From NCBI GenBank assembly GCA_963555825.3, contig CAUVXB020000002.1, positions 3,296,001 through 3,360,000 on the forward strand: DNA of 64,000 bases. The letters are read 5' to 3'. The notes below the pieces were generated by a model that saw only the letters and a list, made by a program, of their open reading frames with translations, had not been told where the DNA came from and searched no databases. This document shows positions 22,015 through 35,669 of the stretch, piece by piece (the first letter of the stretch is position 1; the number at the start of each line of letters is the position of its first letter). A program made the translations under genes and the position numbers. Source of the DNA: Alphaproteobacteria bacterium. GTDB lineage: Bacteria; Pseudomonadota; Alphaproteobacteria; JAAXGF01.

Positions 22015-24581
22015 TGTCAACGCCGGAGTAAAAGTACACCACTGGCCGGCGTAAAAATGCACCACTTGATGCGATTCAGTCCAGCGTTGGCGGTTGTCCC
22101 GGTAGTCCATAGGAGGGACCCGCGCTGCTTCGTGTAGCGCTTGCGTTACGCGAAGCGAAGCAGCGTGGGAGGTGCCTGTGGGCCCACCGGGTCAACCATG
22201 GGCTGGGTTGTCAGGTTTTTGGGGGTTTCCGCCGTTTTTGGCTCTGGTTGAGACGGTAGCTGTCGCCGTTCATCTCCAGGATATGAACGTGGTGTGTGAG
22301 CCGGTCCAGCAACGCCCCAGTCAGGCGCTCGGAACCGAACACCTCGGTCCACTCATCGAACGGTAGATTGGAGGTCACCAGGGTGGAGCCGCCTTCGTAA
22401 CGTTGGCTGAACACCTCGAACAACAACTCGGCCCCGGTTTTGCTAAGCGGCACGAAGCCGAGCTCATCGATGATCAGCAGCTTGTATTTTGCTAACTGCT
22501 TCTGGAACCGCAACAGGCGCTTCTCGTCCCTGGCCTCGATGAGCTCGTGGACCAAAGCCGCCGCCGTGATAAAGCCGACGGTGAGGCCTTTCTGACAAGC
22601 CGCCAGACCGAGGCCGAGGGCGATATGGGTTTTGCCGGTGCCGCTATTGCCAAGTGCGATGACGTTTTCACGACGCTTGATGTATTCACAACGCGCCAGT
22701 TCCAGAACCATCATCTTGTTGAGCGATGGCATGGCTTTGAAGTCGAAGCTGTCCAAGCTTTTGACGGCGGGGAACTTGGCCATCCTGATCCGCCGCTCGA
22801 CCATGCGGCGTTCCCGATCAATCAACTCCAGTTCGGTCAGGCGAACAAGGTAACGCACATGATCGACGCCCTCGGCAGCGCATTGGCGGGCCTGCTTGTC
22901 GTATTCCCGTAGGAAGGTCGGCAGCTTGAGGGCCTTCAGATGATGGGCCAGCAAGAGCTGTGGCGTATCGCTCATGGCGCTGCCCCCTTCAGGAGCCCCA
23001 TGTACGAGCGGGCCGAGGTTGTTGCCACCTCGGCGCGCGGCAGATAGGGATGGGCCAGCAGGTTCAAGCGTGGCGGCCGCTTCTCGATCCGGCACAGCAC
23101 CAGGTGCTTGACCGCATCGAAGCCGATCACGCCGCGCTCCAGCGCCTCCGATATGGCGGCTCGCACATCGTCGAGGGAGAAGCTCTCGATTAGCCGCAGC
23201 ACCTGGACGTATTCCCGCTTCCCGGCTTTGCCCATCCGCGCTTCAAGTAGGCGGCGGAGATCGCCGAACACCGGCGGCAACAGCCAGCCGGCCAAGGGAG
23301 CCGCCTGATCCAGCGCGTTGGTCTTTTGCTCCAGCAAGGACAGATAGTGCAGCGGATCGAAGACGAAGTCCTCTTGCTCGTATGAACGCGGGTGCCTGGC
23401 AATCACCTCTGCGGCGCAACTGATGACCACCTCGTGGACATAGCCGCGGACCAGCACCTCGCAATGGCCGAACCGTGTGGGGACGGAGTAATCGGTGCCG
23501 CGATAGCGCACCAGCGACAGCGAACTGACCCGCCCCGGGCGCTTGTCGCAGGCGTCGTAGGCGATTGCGGGAAGGCGCTGAAGAACCGCACGATCCCGTT
23601 CCAGGCGTTCGCCGACCGTCTGGTCGTGGCCACGCAGTTGTTCCGCCCATCGCTTGGCGCAGCAGGCTTCAAGATGCGTGTTGAGATCATCGAAGTTCCG
23701 GAACCTTGGCATCGGCACCAGGAAGTTCCGGCGGCAATAGCCGACGATCCCCTCGACCTTGCCCTTGTCGTTCCCCTTGCCGGGGCGGCCAAAGCGGTCC
23801 TCGAACAGGTAATGGGATCGTAACTCGCTGAACACACGTGTCCGCTGACGCTTGCCGTCACCGAGGATGCGGGCCACCGCAATCCTGGTGTTGTCATAAA
23901 GGATCGAGCGCGGCACACCGCCGAAGAAGGAGACCCCCGAGACATGGCCGTCACAGAAGGCCTCCGTGGTCTCCCCCGGATAGGCCTTCACAAAGCAGGC
24001 GTCCGAGTGGGGTAGGCTCATCGCCAGGAAGTGGATCTTGCGTTCCACGCCGCCGATGACGGCCAGGGCCTCGCCAAAATCAACCTGGGCGTGGCCGGGA
24101 GGATGCGTCAGCGGAACAAACATCTCCCGCCGGCGCTGTCGGACACCGCAGATGTAGTCCTTCACAATGGTGATCTTGCCCGTAAAGCCGTACTCATCAC
24201 GCAGCCGCTCGAATATCCGCTTCGATGTGTGACGTTGCTTCTTCGGACGATCCTTATCCTCTTCCAGGATACGGTCGATAATACCGATGAACGGATCGAG
24301 CTTCGGGCGGACCGGAGGCCGCGTCCGGACATAACCCGGTGGCACCGAATAGCTCAACATCTTCCTGACCGTGCGCGGGTCGATCCCAAAACAACGAGCC
24401 GCTTCGCGTTGGCTCAGAGCCTCAATCATTACCGCGTGGCGAACCCGCCCATACAGTTCCACTCGCTTCATCCCCCACCCTTCGCTCCAAAATGCAAAGG
24501 GCTATCGCTGACGGAATTTTGCTCCGGCGCAACCAGACTCTCCGGCCGCTTCAGTGAGGGATTATTGCTCCGGCGTTCTCA
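22015..24581 (-). mobile_element. IS21-family element B, a related but distinct IS (istA 22972-24471, istB 22211-22975)
   Basis: TG...CA ends. Intact istA and istB diverged from copies A, C and E. Confidence 0.93.
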
Positions 24582-25455
24582 GTCCCCGACGTCAACTTTC
24601 ACGGCCTGACCCTGCCGGTGCGCCTGCCCCAGATCGACACCGTGGAAGGCGGCGTCTGGTCGGCGCGGGCCGACATCGACTCCTGCCCCGATCTGGAACT
24701 GGTCCTGCCGCGAGAAAGGAAGCGGTAGAGACCCAGTTTCTGGAAGAGATGCGCGAGGCTGCGCGGCTTGCCGTCTACCGCGCCATGGCGCAGGCCGATC
24801 CGGCCCCGCGGGCTGCCTGGACCGACTGGCACAGGGCGAAAGAGGCCGGGATCGAGATGCCCGAGCCGCCCGCCGAGCTGCATCCCTGGCGTCCTGCTAT
24901 CGCTGACACCGACTATTGGGACGAGCGGTCCGCTTTTACGGCGGTGGGTTCCGACACTCTGGTAATGCAGGCCGACCCCGAGCCGCCCGAGGCCCAGGCG
25001 CTTCATCGCGCCTTCGGCCTTACCGGACTCCAGGATGAATCGAAGCCCGCGCTCCGGCTGTTAGCCCCCGAGCCGCGTTTCGAGGGTTATCCCTGGTACG
25101 ACACGCTCGCGCGCGTCACCGGCATCGAGACCCTCGTCACCGTGGATGGCGCCGTTCGTTCGTTGGATTACTTCATCAGCGGGGAGAACGGTTGCGAGCC
25201 GGAACGGCCCGAGACCATCGTGATGCACCTGAATGTTCTGCATTCGCCCAAATCGCCGCGCCTTTGCTTTCGCAAATGCGACACCATCGCCGTCTCCGCC
25301 GATCTCGCCTTCGCGGGCGAGGCCTGGTCATCGGTCCATGACGCACTGCCCCTGGTGACGGCGGACAGCGATATCGCGCCCGAGGAACTCGCCCGATTGT
25401 TGCGCGCCGCGTTCTTCAGTCCCAGCGACGACGCAGAGGCTGACTCCTGGGAGAC
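24582..25455 (+). pseudogene. Internal fragment of a large hypothetical protein between two IS21 ends
   Basis: Coding-like frame ...DLELVLPAR/KEAVETQFLEEMREAAR...LRAAFFSPSDDAEADSWET with a frameshift near 24716. No start or stop. Confidence 0.6.
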
Positions 25456-28400
25456 TGAGAACGGCAGAGCAATAATCCCCCACTGAAGCGGCCGGTCGAT
25501 CCGGCTGCGGCGGACCAAAATGGGACCGCGTATAGCCTTCTGTCAGGGTTGCTCTGACTGGAAGGCGGGGGGGATGTATCGGGTGGAGTTGTACGCACGG
25601 GTTCGGCGGGCGTGTCATGTCGAGGGGATGAGCACCCGCGAGGCCTCGCGGGTGTTTGGTGTAGACCGCAAGACGGTCCGTAAGATGCTGTCGTTCTCGG
25701 TGCCGCCAGGGTATCGCCGAAGCGCGCCGCCGAGGCGGCCAAAGCTGGGTCCGTTCACGGGAATCATCGATCGGATCTTGGAAGACGATCGGACCAGCCA
25801 CCGCAAGCAACGGCACACTGCGAAGCGCATCTTCGACCGCCTCCGGGACGAGTACGGTTTCACGGGCGGCTACACCATCGTGAAGGACTACGTTCGTGAG
25901 CAGGGGCTTCGGTCGCGTGAGGTGTTCGTGCCACTCTCCCATTCCCCCGGTCACGCCCAGGCGGACTTCGGCGAAGCGATGGCGGTGATCGGCGGCGCGT
26001 TACGGAAGATCCACTTCCTTGCCTTCGACCTTCCCCACAGTGATGGTTGCTTTGTTGCGGCCTATCCGGCGGAGACGACCGAAGCATTCTGCGATGGCCA
26101 CAACGCGGCGTTTGCCTTCTTCGGCGGCGTCCCCCGATCCATCCTGTACGACAACACCAAGCTGGCGGTTGCCCGGATCCTGGGCGATGGGAAGCGGCAG
26201 CGAACGCGCGTCTTCACGGAGCTTCAGTCCCACTATCTGTTCGAGGACAGGTTCGGCCGGCCGGGCAAGGGCAACGACAAGGGCAAGGTCGAGGGACTGG
26301 TCGGCTTCATCCGGCGGAACTTCCTGGTCCCCGTCCCGCGTGCCGAGAGCTTCGCGGCCCTCAACGATGCTCTCGCCGAACAGTGCCGCCGGCGCCAGGC
26401 GGCGGAGCTATTGTCAAAAGTTGTGTATGGGCTGATCATGCGGCGGCGCGATCCTGGCGTTCTCCATCTACGAATTTGACGCCGCGAATGATCTCGGCGA
26501 GATGGTTCGATCCATCGAGTTTTCTCCATTTTCTCTGAGCGCACTGGCATAGTTTGAAGACCATGGCCATCGCCGTCTTGCGCGACAGGCAGCCCTTGGT
26601 CCGGTAGGTGCGCAGACGAACCGTGGCGAACGTGCTCTCGATGGGGTTGGTCGTGCGTACATGCTTCCAGTGCTCGGCGGGGAAGTCGTAGAACGTCAGC
26701 AGGACGTCGCGGTCCTTGGCCAGGCAGGCCGCGGCCTTGTCGTACTTCGGCCCGTAGGCTTCCAGGAAGAAGTCGAAGGCGCTCTCGGCATCCTTCCTGG
26801 TTTCGGCCATCCAGATGTCTTGCAGGCGCCCCTTGGCTTTCTTTTGCAGACCCTTGGGCAGCTTGTTCAAGACGTTGCCCGTCTTGTGAACCCAGCAGCG
26901 TTGCTCGCGGGCGCCTGGGTAGACTTGGCGGAGCGCCTTCCAGAAGCCGAGCGCGCCGTCGCCGAGCGCCAGTTGCGGACCCATTTCAAGGCCGCGCCGC
27001 TTGAGATCGAGCAGAACTTCGAGCCAGGACTGCTCACTTTCGCGATAGCCGTCGGCGATGGCGATCAGTTCCTTCTGTCCCTTGTCCGTGGCCCCGACGA
27101 TCACCAGGATGCACTGCTTCTCTTCCTCCATGCGGGCGCTGAAATAGATGCCGTCCACCCAGAAATAGACGTAGCGCTTGGCCGTGAGGTCGCGCCGTTG
27201 CCAGCGCTCCGCCTCAACCCCCCAGACCTCTTTCAGCCGGGTGATCGTGGAGGCCGAAAGCCCCGGCGCGGAGCTCCCCAGGAGCGCCGCCAAGGCTTCC
27301 CCGAAGTCGCCGGTGGAAATGCCCTTCAGATACAGCCATGGCAAAAGGTCTTCCAGGCTCTTGGCGCGGCGCAGATAGCGCGGCAGGATCGCCGACGTGA
27401 AGCGGATGGCGCCGTCCCCCCGGTCCCGCACACGGGGTTGGCGCACGCTCACCGGGCCGATCCCGGTCTGGATGAAGCGTTCCGGCAGATATCCATTGCG
27501 GACAACCCGGCGGCGGCCGGCGGCGTCAACAAGCGCCGCATGGCTACCCAAAAACACGGAGACCTCGGCCTCAACGGCTTGGGCCAACAACTCGCGAGCT
27601 CCAGCTTGTAGGACTTCCGTCAACGGATCTTTCTGAAAATCAGATGGGTTTTGAAAAGCAACAACGGTATTCTCTTTCATGGCGTATCCTTCCTTGGCTT
27701 AGCTCAAGTGGTGACATCAACAATCACCAGGATACGCCGCCTTCATTTCAACGCCGTACACAAGATTCGGTTATAGCTCCAGGCGGCGCGGCTGCGGGGC
27801 CACAAGGAGACCATCGGCGAGCGTCTCGAGCGGGATCGTCAAGTTCTCTTGCCATTGCCGCCTGCTCCCTATGATGCCTGCGATAAGCGCCCTGGACGGG
27901 CGAGTTCGCTGTCGCTGGTGCGTTACCGCAGCAACGACTATTCCGTGCCCGTGGCCTACGGCCACCGTGAGGTGCTCATCCGGGGCTACGTCGATGAGGT
28001 GGTGATCAGCTGCGGGGCCGAGGTGATCGCCCGGCACCGCCGGTCCTACGACAGCGAGGACCTGATCTTCGACCCGCTGCATTACCTGCCCTTGATCGAG
28101 CAGAAGATCGGCGCCCTCGACCAGGCCGCGCCATTGGCGGGCTGGGACCTGCCCGAGGCCTTCATCACTCTGCGGCGGCTCCTCGAAGCTCGTATGGGCA
28201 AGGCAGGCAAGCGCGAGTACGTCCAGGTGCTCCGTCTACTGGAGACCTTCCGGCTCGAGGAGGTCGAGGGTGCGGTCGGCGACGCCCTGCGGCTCGGCGC
28301 AATCGGCTTTGATGCGGTGAAGCACCTGGTACTGTGCCGCATCGAGCGGCGGCCGCCCAGGCTCAACCTCGACGTCTATCCGTATCTGCCGCGCGCCCGG

Positions 28401-29410
28401 GTCGCGATGACGTCCGCCAAGTCGTACATGAGCCTGCTGTCGGGGCTCGGCGCATGACCGACACACCGCAAGTGCTGCTCGCCCACCACCTCAAGACGCT
28501 GAAGCTGCCGACCTTCCTGCGCGAGTACGACAAGATCGCCCGGCAGTGCGCCTCGGAAGGCGTCGATCACGTCCGCTACCTGTTGAGACTCGCCGAGCTC
28601 GAGCTGATCGACCGCGAGCGCCGCATGGTCGAGCGGCGCATCAAGGCGGCGCGCTTCCCCGTGGTCAAGAGCCTCGACAGCTTCGACTTCAAGGTCATCC
28701 CCTCGCTCAACAAGGCGCTGGTCCTGGAGCTGGCCCGCTGCGAGTACATCGAGCGCCGCGAGAACCTCATCGCGCTCGGCAACAGTGGGACCGGCAAGAC
28801 CCACATCGCCCTCGGTCTCGGCCTGGCGGCCTGCCAGAAGGGCCTCTCGGTCGGCTTCATCACCGCCGCCGCGCTGGTCCACGAACTCATCGAGGCCCGC
28901 GATGACAAGCAGCTGCTGAGGTTCCAGAAGAAGCTCGCCACCTACAAGCTTCTGATCGTCGACGAACTCGGCTTCGTGCCGCTGTCGAAGACCGGCGCCG
29001 AGCTGTTGTTCGAGGTGTTCAGCCAACGCTACGAGCGGGGCTCGACCCTGGTCACCACCAATCTGCCCTTCGACGAATGGACCGAGGTGTTCGGCTCCGA
29101 GCGCCTCACCGGCGCGCTCCTCGATCGCCTCACCCACCACGTCAACATCCTCGAGATGAACGGTGACAGCTACAGGCTCAACCAGAGCCGCAGGCGTCAA
29201 ACCCCGACTGCTAACTGAACCGACCACCCAGCCCACGCTTGACCCCGTGGGCCCACAGGTCCCTCCCGCGCGCGCCGCCGCGTCAGCCTGTTGAGGGCAC
29301 GCCGCGTCGCGCGCGGGGCCCCTCCCGTGGACTACGGGGACAAGCCCGCAGCCGCCAAGCGGTCCCTTCTTACACCGCCGAGGTGGTCCCTTTTTGCTCC
29401 GCCATTGACA
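25456..29410 (+). mobile_element. IS21-family element copy C (istA split by IS256, istB 28454-29218)
   Basis: Same ends and sequence as copy A. Confidence 0.93.
26405..27779 (-). mobile_element. IS256-family element, copy 1 (transposase 26436-27680)
   Basis: Ends GAGCTA...TAGCTC, 9-bp TSD caggcggcg, motifs WVDG, GDGALGFW, QRCWVHK, TTNPIES. Confidence 0.95.
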
Positions 29411-29539
29411 TTCATACAGCGGAAGGTTGGTTTACGCTGTACGATGAAGCCTATGACGCTATGTTCCAGTGTCTACAGGACACATCGGAGAATTGACCGC
29501 AGATGCAGCGTCGCATCTGGCGGCGCGCACTCACCTACA

Positions 29540-29730
29540 TAAATCCCCTGATTTGGGCTTCGGCACACCCGAATCAGGGTCAATCGGTTTGCTCGAATTG
29601 GCCCAATACCGGGGACCCTTCGGGCTCGGCATAGAGCGCGATATTCACTTTACCGCCAATTATTCCTTGTCAATTTACGCCGAGGCCGCGCGCGCCGCCG
29701 GGCATATCGTCGAATCGGGACCTGAACTCG
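29540..29730 (+). pseudogene. DUF2958-like protein fragment
   Basis: DLGFGTPESGSIGLLEL...GPFGLGIERDIHF...YAEAAR. Confidence 0.6.
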
Positions 29731-29920
29731 ATGCCGCTGCCCGCATCCTCGCCGTCACGCCGGCGATGAATCTCACCTGCCATGACGGTCGCGAAACATG
29801 ATCCCGCCGTCGCGCGCGATGGCTTCGATGTTGCCGGTCGACCCGATCGTGAACGACATCCAGCACGAAACGCCCCGCCCGTGTTCCCCGCGGCTTCGCA
29901 CACACGCTTCGGCGTCCCTC

Positions 29921-31340
29921 TGAGTCGGACCCGATTTCCTTGGACACAGAATTGGCTTAATCGAAGTGTCCAAGGAGGACCGGAACATGACCGACAATTT
30001 TGAGAACAAAGTTGCTGTTGATGGGCCTGTGGTAAACGAGGGCGAGCTTGGCTCGTCCACGTTTTCCCCGGGCCAGGTTTCGCCGGCAGGCCCGCTGGGA
30101 CTTGGCCAGCGGTGGACGGTGACGCGCAAGCGTGAGGTTGCCCTGCGGCTTTTGCGTGGCGAGCCGGTGGAACTTTTGTCGCGGCAGTTGGGCGTGGAGA
30201 TTTTCCGGCTCGAGCAGTGGCGTGAGAAGGCGATCGCCGGGATCGATGCCTCGCTCAAGGAACGCAAGGGCGATCCGGTGAAGGCGGAACTGGACATCGC
30301 CATGAAGCGGATCGGGGAGTTGATCATGCAGGTGGAACTGCTGGAGGCCAAGACGGAGACGTCCGGCCCTTTGGGGCGGCGGAGGTCGCGGCGATGAGTG
30401 CCGCCACCTCTCCCGGCACGGGTTTGGCCTACGGCCTCCAGCGGGTCTGTGCGGCCTGGGGTTTTGCCCGTTCCTCGTTCTACGCCATGAAATCCCGGCA
30501 GCAGGCCACCGCTGAGCGCCCACCAGCAAAGCGCCGGGGACCGAAGCCCTCGATCTCGGACGAGGCTCTGCTGGTGGCCATCGAGGCCGACCTGGAGGCA
30601 TCCCCCTGGGAGGGCGAGGGACACCGCAAGGTCTGGGCTCGGCTTCGGGTCTGTCGTGGCATCCGTGTTTCCCGCAAGCGGGTGCTCCGGGTGATGCGCG
30701 AGAACAACCTGCTCTCGCCCCATCGCTGCCGCCGCCGTGGCGGAAATCCCCATGTCGGTGAGATCATCACCCATGCCCCCAACCTCATGTGGGGCACGGA
30801 CGGCGTTCGGGTGTTCACGGTGGACGACGGCTGGGGCTGGATATTCACCGCCATCGAGCATTGGAACGCCGAGTGCGTCGGCTGGCATGTGTGCAAGCGA
30901 GGCGACCGCTTCGCCGCCCTTCAGCCGATCTCCATGGGGCTTGCGAGGCTGTATGCCTCGACCTCCGCCGGTGCGGCGCGGGGGCTGGCCTTGCGGATGG
31001 ATCACGGCTCCCAGTATCTGTCGGACCACTTCACCAACCAGATCAAGTTCTGGGGCATCCAGCCGTCCTACGCCTTCGTCGAACAGCCCCAGACCAACGG
31101 CGTCGCCGAGAGGTTCAATCGCACGCTCAAGGAACAGATCATCCATGGCCGCATCTACCGCAACATCGCGGAGCTGCGGAACGCCGTCCGCGGGTTCGTC
31201 GAACAGTACAATGCCCAGTGGATCGTGGAGAAGAACGGCTACCTGAGCCCCGCTCAAGCTCGTCAGGCGTGGCACACCGCGATGTCACTCAGGCCCGCCG
31301 CATGAGACAAACTTGTGTCCAAGGAACCGGGTGCGATACA
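29921..31340 (+). mobile_element. Two-ORF IS3-like element, copy 2, 14-bp TSD
   Basis: Same 1420-bp element as 6555-7974. Flanked by cttcggcgtccctc at 29907-29920 and 31341-31354. Confidence 0.94.
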
Positions 31341-31740
31341 CTTCGGCGTCCCTCCTTCGTTTCCCGGCCTGTCACGAGTCTGCCGCCCGCTTTCTCTCCA
31401 CGCCGCTCCTGTCCCATCCAACCCATGCCTCCACGCCCGGGAGAGCCGGAGCCCGGCATCGGCGGAGCATAAGCGGGGCCGCTCGTCGAGCAAGGCAAGC
31501 TGACGATTCCGCGGGGCGGCTAAGGAAGGCACGAACCCGATAGAATGCATCGCAAAATCAGGGGAGCTGTGGCCCCGCAAATGGCGTCATTCGGGCGAGT
31601 CGCTCTCCCGACCTACACAGCCACCGCCGCCGATGCCGAATACACTACATGATGATTTGGATTCAACAGGCGGGATTTGGGTTTTGGCACATGGTCGAGC
31701 TTGATAGGCACAGTCCGAAGAGCCTGCCTCCTCTCGGCGG

Positions 31741-32314
31741 ATGAACGCACCTCCCTCCTTCCGGCCTCGCTGGCCGTGGGTCACGGCCGACCTTCAGACA
31801 ATACGAAATGTTCTTCCTGGAAGGCTTGCGGGAATCCCAGCGGAATCCGGCCAACGCTTCGAGATCCCCCTCCGTGACGGAAGCGGGGACCGCCTTGTCG
31901 CCCGCTTCCACCCTGGACGGAAACCCGTGCCGGCCATGGTTCTCGTGCCCGGACTCACGGGCTGTGAGGCGAGCCGGTACGTGCTGCAATCGGCCGGCGC
32001 GTGGCTGGCAAGCGGCGCCCCGGTGGTCCGCCTCAACCTTCGGGGCGCGCCTCCAGGCCGGTCGGTTGCCCGCGGCCATTATCACATGGACCGGGTGCGG
32101 GATCTCGCCGACGCCTGCTTGGCAGTGGCCGATCTCGACCCGGGCATCCGGGACCGGGGCATCGCCATCGTCGGCTTTTCCCTGGGCGGCGCCCTCGCCC
32201 TCCGTCTTGCCTCGGCTCCCTACCTTCCCGCAATGGTGAAAACGGTGGTCGCGGTATCCGCGCCGCTCGATCTCGCGGCGGCGGCGGACCGGATCGCCCG
32301 CCCCCGGAACCGCC
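31741..32314 (+). pseudogene. YheT-like alpha/beta hydrolase, 3'-truncated
   Basis: ADLQT, LVPGLTG, RLNLRG, nucleophile motif GFSLGG, VSAPLDL. Cut by an IS at 32315. Confidence 0.8.
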
Positions 32315-33652
32315 TGTGGCTCCCATAAATCCTATCTGCCGCAGAAATCCTAGTATTCCCGGCTTGTGCCGGATAGCGTCTCCGACATGTGCACGACCAT
32401 TCGAATTGTCCTTGCCATGGTCCGTGAGGCTTTCCTCAGCCGCGCGGCGTTGCATCTTGAGAACCTTGCCCTGCGACAGCAGCTTGCCGCCTTAGATCGG
32501 AAAGGAGCCAGGCCATCGCTTCGGATGGCCGATCGCCTTTTCTGGGTCGTCCTGTCTCGGCTGTGGTCGGGTTGGAGGGAGATCCTGGTGATCGTCAAGC
32601 CGGAGACGGTTATCGGCTGGCATCGAAAGGGCTTCCGACGTTTCTGGACCCGGAAGTCGCGACGGGGGAAGCCGGGACGACCGCCCGTGTCGAGCGAATT
32701 CCGAGGGCTTATCCGCCGGATGTCTCGGGAGAATCCGTTGTGGGGCGCTCCCCGAATCCACGGTGAGCTCAGGATGCTCGGCTTCGAGGTCTCCGAGGCG
32801 GCCGTGTCCAAGTACATGCCGCGCCATCCAAAGCCACCTTCGCAGACATGGCGGACGTTCCTCGAGAACCACGTCGGGTGCCTAGCGTCGACCGACTTCT
32901 TCGTCGTACCCACCGCGACGTTCAGTCTTCTATTCGTGCTCGTTGTGCTGCGGCACGAGCGTCGGCGGATTGTTCACATCGGCACCACGGCACACCCGAC
33001 TGCGGCGTGGGTCGCGCAACAGATCCGGGAGGCCTTTCCGTGGGAGACAGCACCACGGTATATGATCCGAGATCGGGATCGTGTGTACGGTATTGCCTTT
33101 CGTTCGCGGATAAAGGCGATGGGCATCGAAGAGGTCGTGACGGCGCCGCGATCGCCGTGGCAGTCGCCGTACGTTGAGCGCGTGATCGGGTCCATCAGGC
33201 GAGAGTGTCTGGATCACGTGATCGTTCTAAACGAACGGCATCTGCGGGCGATACTCTTGTCGTACATCGACTACTACCAGCGATCCCGCACGCACCTGGC
33301 GCTAGGCAAGGATACCCCTGAACGGCGATCGGTTCAGCCGGCTGGCGCCGGGAAGATCGTGGCGTTTCCACAGGTCGGCGGGCTGCATCATCGGTACCAG
33401 CGGTTGGCGGCCTGACTGGCACCGGCTATCGTATAATCGGCTTGCGGCGATGATTCTGACGCCGTCGGGGTCGCCGTAACCTCAGCAATCCGTCTTACTA
33501 TGGCAAGGCCCCCCAAGCCGGTTGCCGATCGATGTGGGCGTCGTTTCCGAAGATGACTATGCCCGCCTCACAGCGAAGATGGTGCCATCACCAGTGCCGG
33601 CGGACCGGTCGGCGTTCTTGATGCACCCCGGATGAGATAAATGGGAGGCACA
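32315..33652 (+). mobile_element. Single-ORF rve/integrase-core IS (IS481/IS3-superfamily-like; ORF about 32387-33415)
   Basis: Ends TGTGGCTCCCATAAATC / TGTGCCTCCCATTTATC, motifs WGAPRIHGEL, TDFF, IRDRD, YVERVIGSIRRECLDH. No TSD. Confidence 0.85.
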
Positions 33653-35485
33653 GGCTCTTGACCACGGGGAAGCGCGCCGCCTTGATGCGCCGCTCGACCA
33701 TGCGGCGCTCGCGGTCGATCAGCTCGAGCTCGGCGAGTCTCAACAGGTAGCGGACGTGATCGACGCCTTCCGAGGCGCACTGCCGGGCGATCTTGTCGTA
33801 CTCGCGCAGGAAGGTCGGCAGCTTCAGCGTCTTGAGGTGGTGGGCGAGCAGCACTTGCGGTGTGTCGGTCATGCGCCGAGCCCCGACAGCAGGCTCATGT
33901 ACGACTTGGCGGACGTCATCGCGACCCGGGCGCGCGGCAGATACGGATAGACGTCGAGGTTGAGCCTGGGCGGCCGCCGCTCGATGCGGCACAGTACCAG
34001 GTGCTTCACCGCATCAAAGCCGATTGCGCCGAGCCGCAGGGCGTCGCCGACCGCACCCTCGACCTCCTCGAGCCGGAAGGTCTCCAGTAGACGGAGCACC
34101 TGGACGTACTCGCGCTTGCCTGCCTTGCCCATACGAGCTTCGAGGAGCCGCCGCAGAGTGATGAAGGCCTCGGGCAGGTCCCAGCCCGCCAATGGCGCGG
34201 CCTGGTCGAGGGCGCCGATCTTCTGCTCGATCAAGGGCAGGTAATGCAGCGGGTCGAAGATCAGGTCCTCGCTGTCGTAGGACCGGCGGTGCCGGGCGAT
34301 CACCTCGGCCCCGCAGCTGATCACCACCTCATCGACGTAGCCCCGGATGAGCACCTCACGGTGGCCGTAGGCCACGGGCACGGAATAGTCGTTGCTGCGG
34401 TAACGCACCAGCGACAGCGAACTCGCCCGTCCAGGGCGCTTATCGCAGGCATCATAGGGAGCAGGCGGCAATGGCAAGAGAACTTGACGATCCCGCTCGA
34501 GACGCTCGCCGATGGTCTCCTTGTGGCCCCGCAGCCGCGCCGCCTGGCGCCGGCGGCACTGTTCGGCGAGAGCATCGTTGAGGGCCGCGAAGCTCTCGGC
34601 ACGCGGGACGGGGACCAGGAAGTTCCGCCGGATGAAGCCGACCAGTCCCTCGACCTTGCCCTTGTCGTTGCCCTTGCCCGGCCGGCCGAACCTGTCCTCG
34701 AACAGATAGTGGGACTGAAGCTCCGTGAAGGCGCGCGTTCGCTGCCGCTTCCCATCGCCCAGGATCCGGGCAACCGCCAGCTTGGTGTTGTCGTACAGGA
34801 TGGATCGGGGGACGCCGCCGAAGAAGGCAAACGCCGCGTTGTGGCCATCGCAGAATGCTTCGGTCGTCTCCGCCGGATAGGCCTTCACGAAGCAGGCATC
34901 ACTGTGGGGAAGATCGAAGGCAAGGAAGTGGACCTTGCGCGCCACGCCGCCGATCACCGCCATCGCCTCGCCGAAGTCCGCCTGGGCGTGACCGGGGGAA
35001 TGGACGAGCGGCACGAACATCTCGCGCGACCGAAGCCGCCGCTCACGGACATAGTCCTTCACGATGGTGTAGCCGCCGGTGAACCCGTACTCGTCCCGGA
35101 GACGGTCGAAGATCCGCTTCGCCGTGTGCCGTTGCTTGTGGTGGCTGGTCCGATCGTCTTCCAGAATCCGATCGATGATCCCCGTGAACGGACCCAGCTT
35201 CGGCCGCCGTGGCGGCTTGCCGCGGCGATACCCCGGCGGCACCGAGAACGACAGCATCTTGCGTACCGTCTTGCGGTCCAGCCCGAACACCCGCGAGGCC
35301 TCGCGGGTGCTCATTCCCTCGACACGACACGCCCGCCGGACCCGCGCGTACATCTCCACCCGATACATCCCCCCGCCTTCCAGTCAGAGCAACCCTGACA
35401 GAAGGCTATACGCGGTCCCATTTTGGTCCGCCACAGCCGGATCAACCGGCCGCTTCAGTGGGGGATTATTGCGCCGCCGTTCTCA
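33653..35485 (-). mobile_element. IS21-family element copy D (intact istA 33869-35368, istB truncated)
   Basis: Left end TGAGAACGGCGG. The 3' part matches copy A and the 5' part is diverged. Confidence 0.92.
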
Positions 35486-35627
35486 ACTCCTCCCGTGGAA
35501 CTGGCAAGACAGCCAGCGGCACGATCAGGCCGCATAGGCCGAGACCTCCGCCTAGCGCTTCCTCACCGGAAATGCGCCGCCACCAAACTCAGCCCCAAAT
35601 ACCCCGCAGCCTTCGGCGGATGCCTAC
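35486..35627 (+). mobile_element. IS66 3' remnant
   Basis: LLPWNW...QAA* followed by an IR-like end (cggcggatgcctac). Confidence 0.7.
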
Positions 35628-35669
35628 CTCAGATCAACATCCCTTGCAACGGGAGAGCCGTCCATAGAT

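Noticed and set aside
29773-31275. Long antisense ORFs over IS and ABC genes (also 6620-8026, 16967-18283, 49599-51809)
   Set aside because: These are shadow ORFs typical of high-GC DNA, lying opposite recognisable genes and carrying no motifs.
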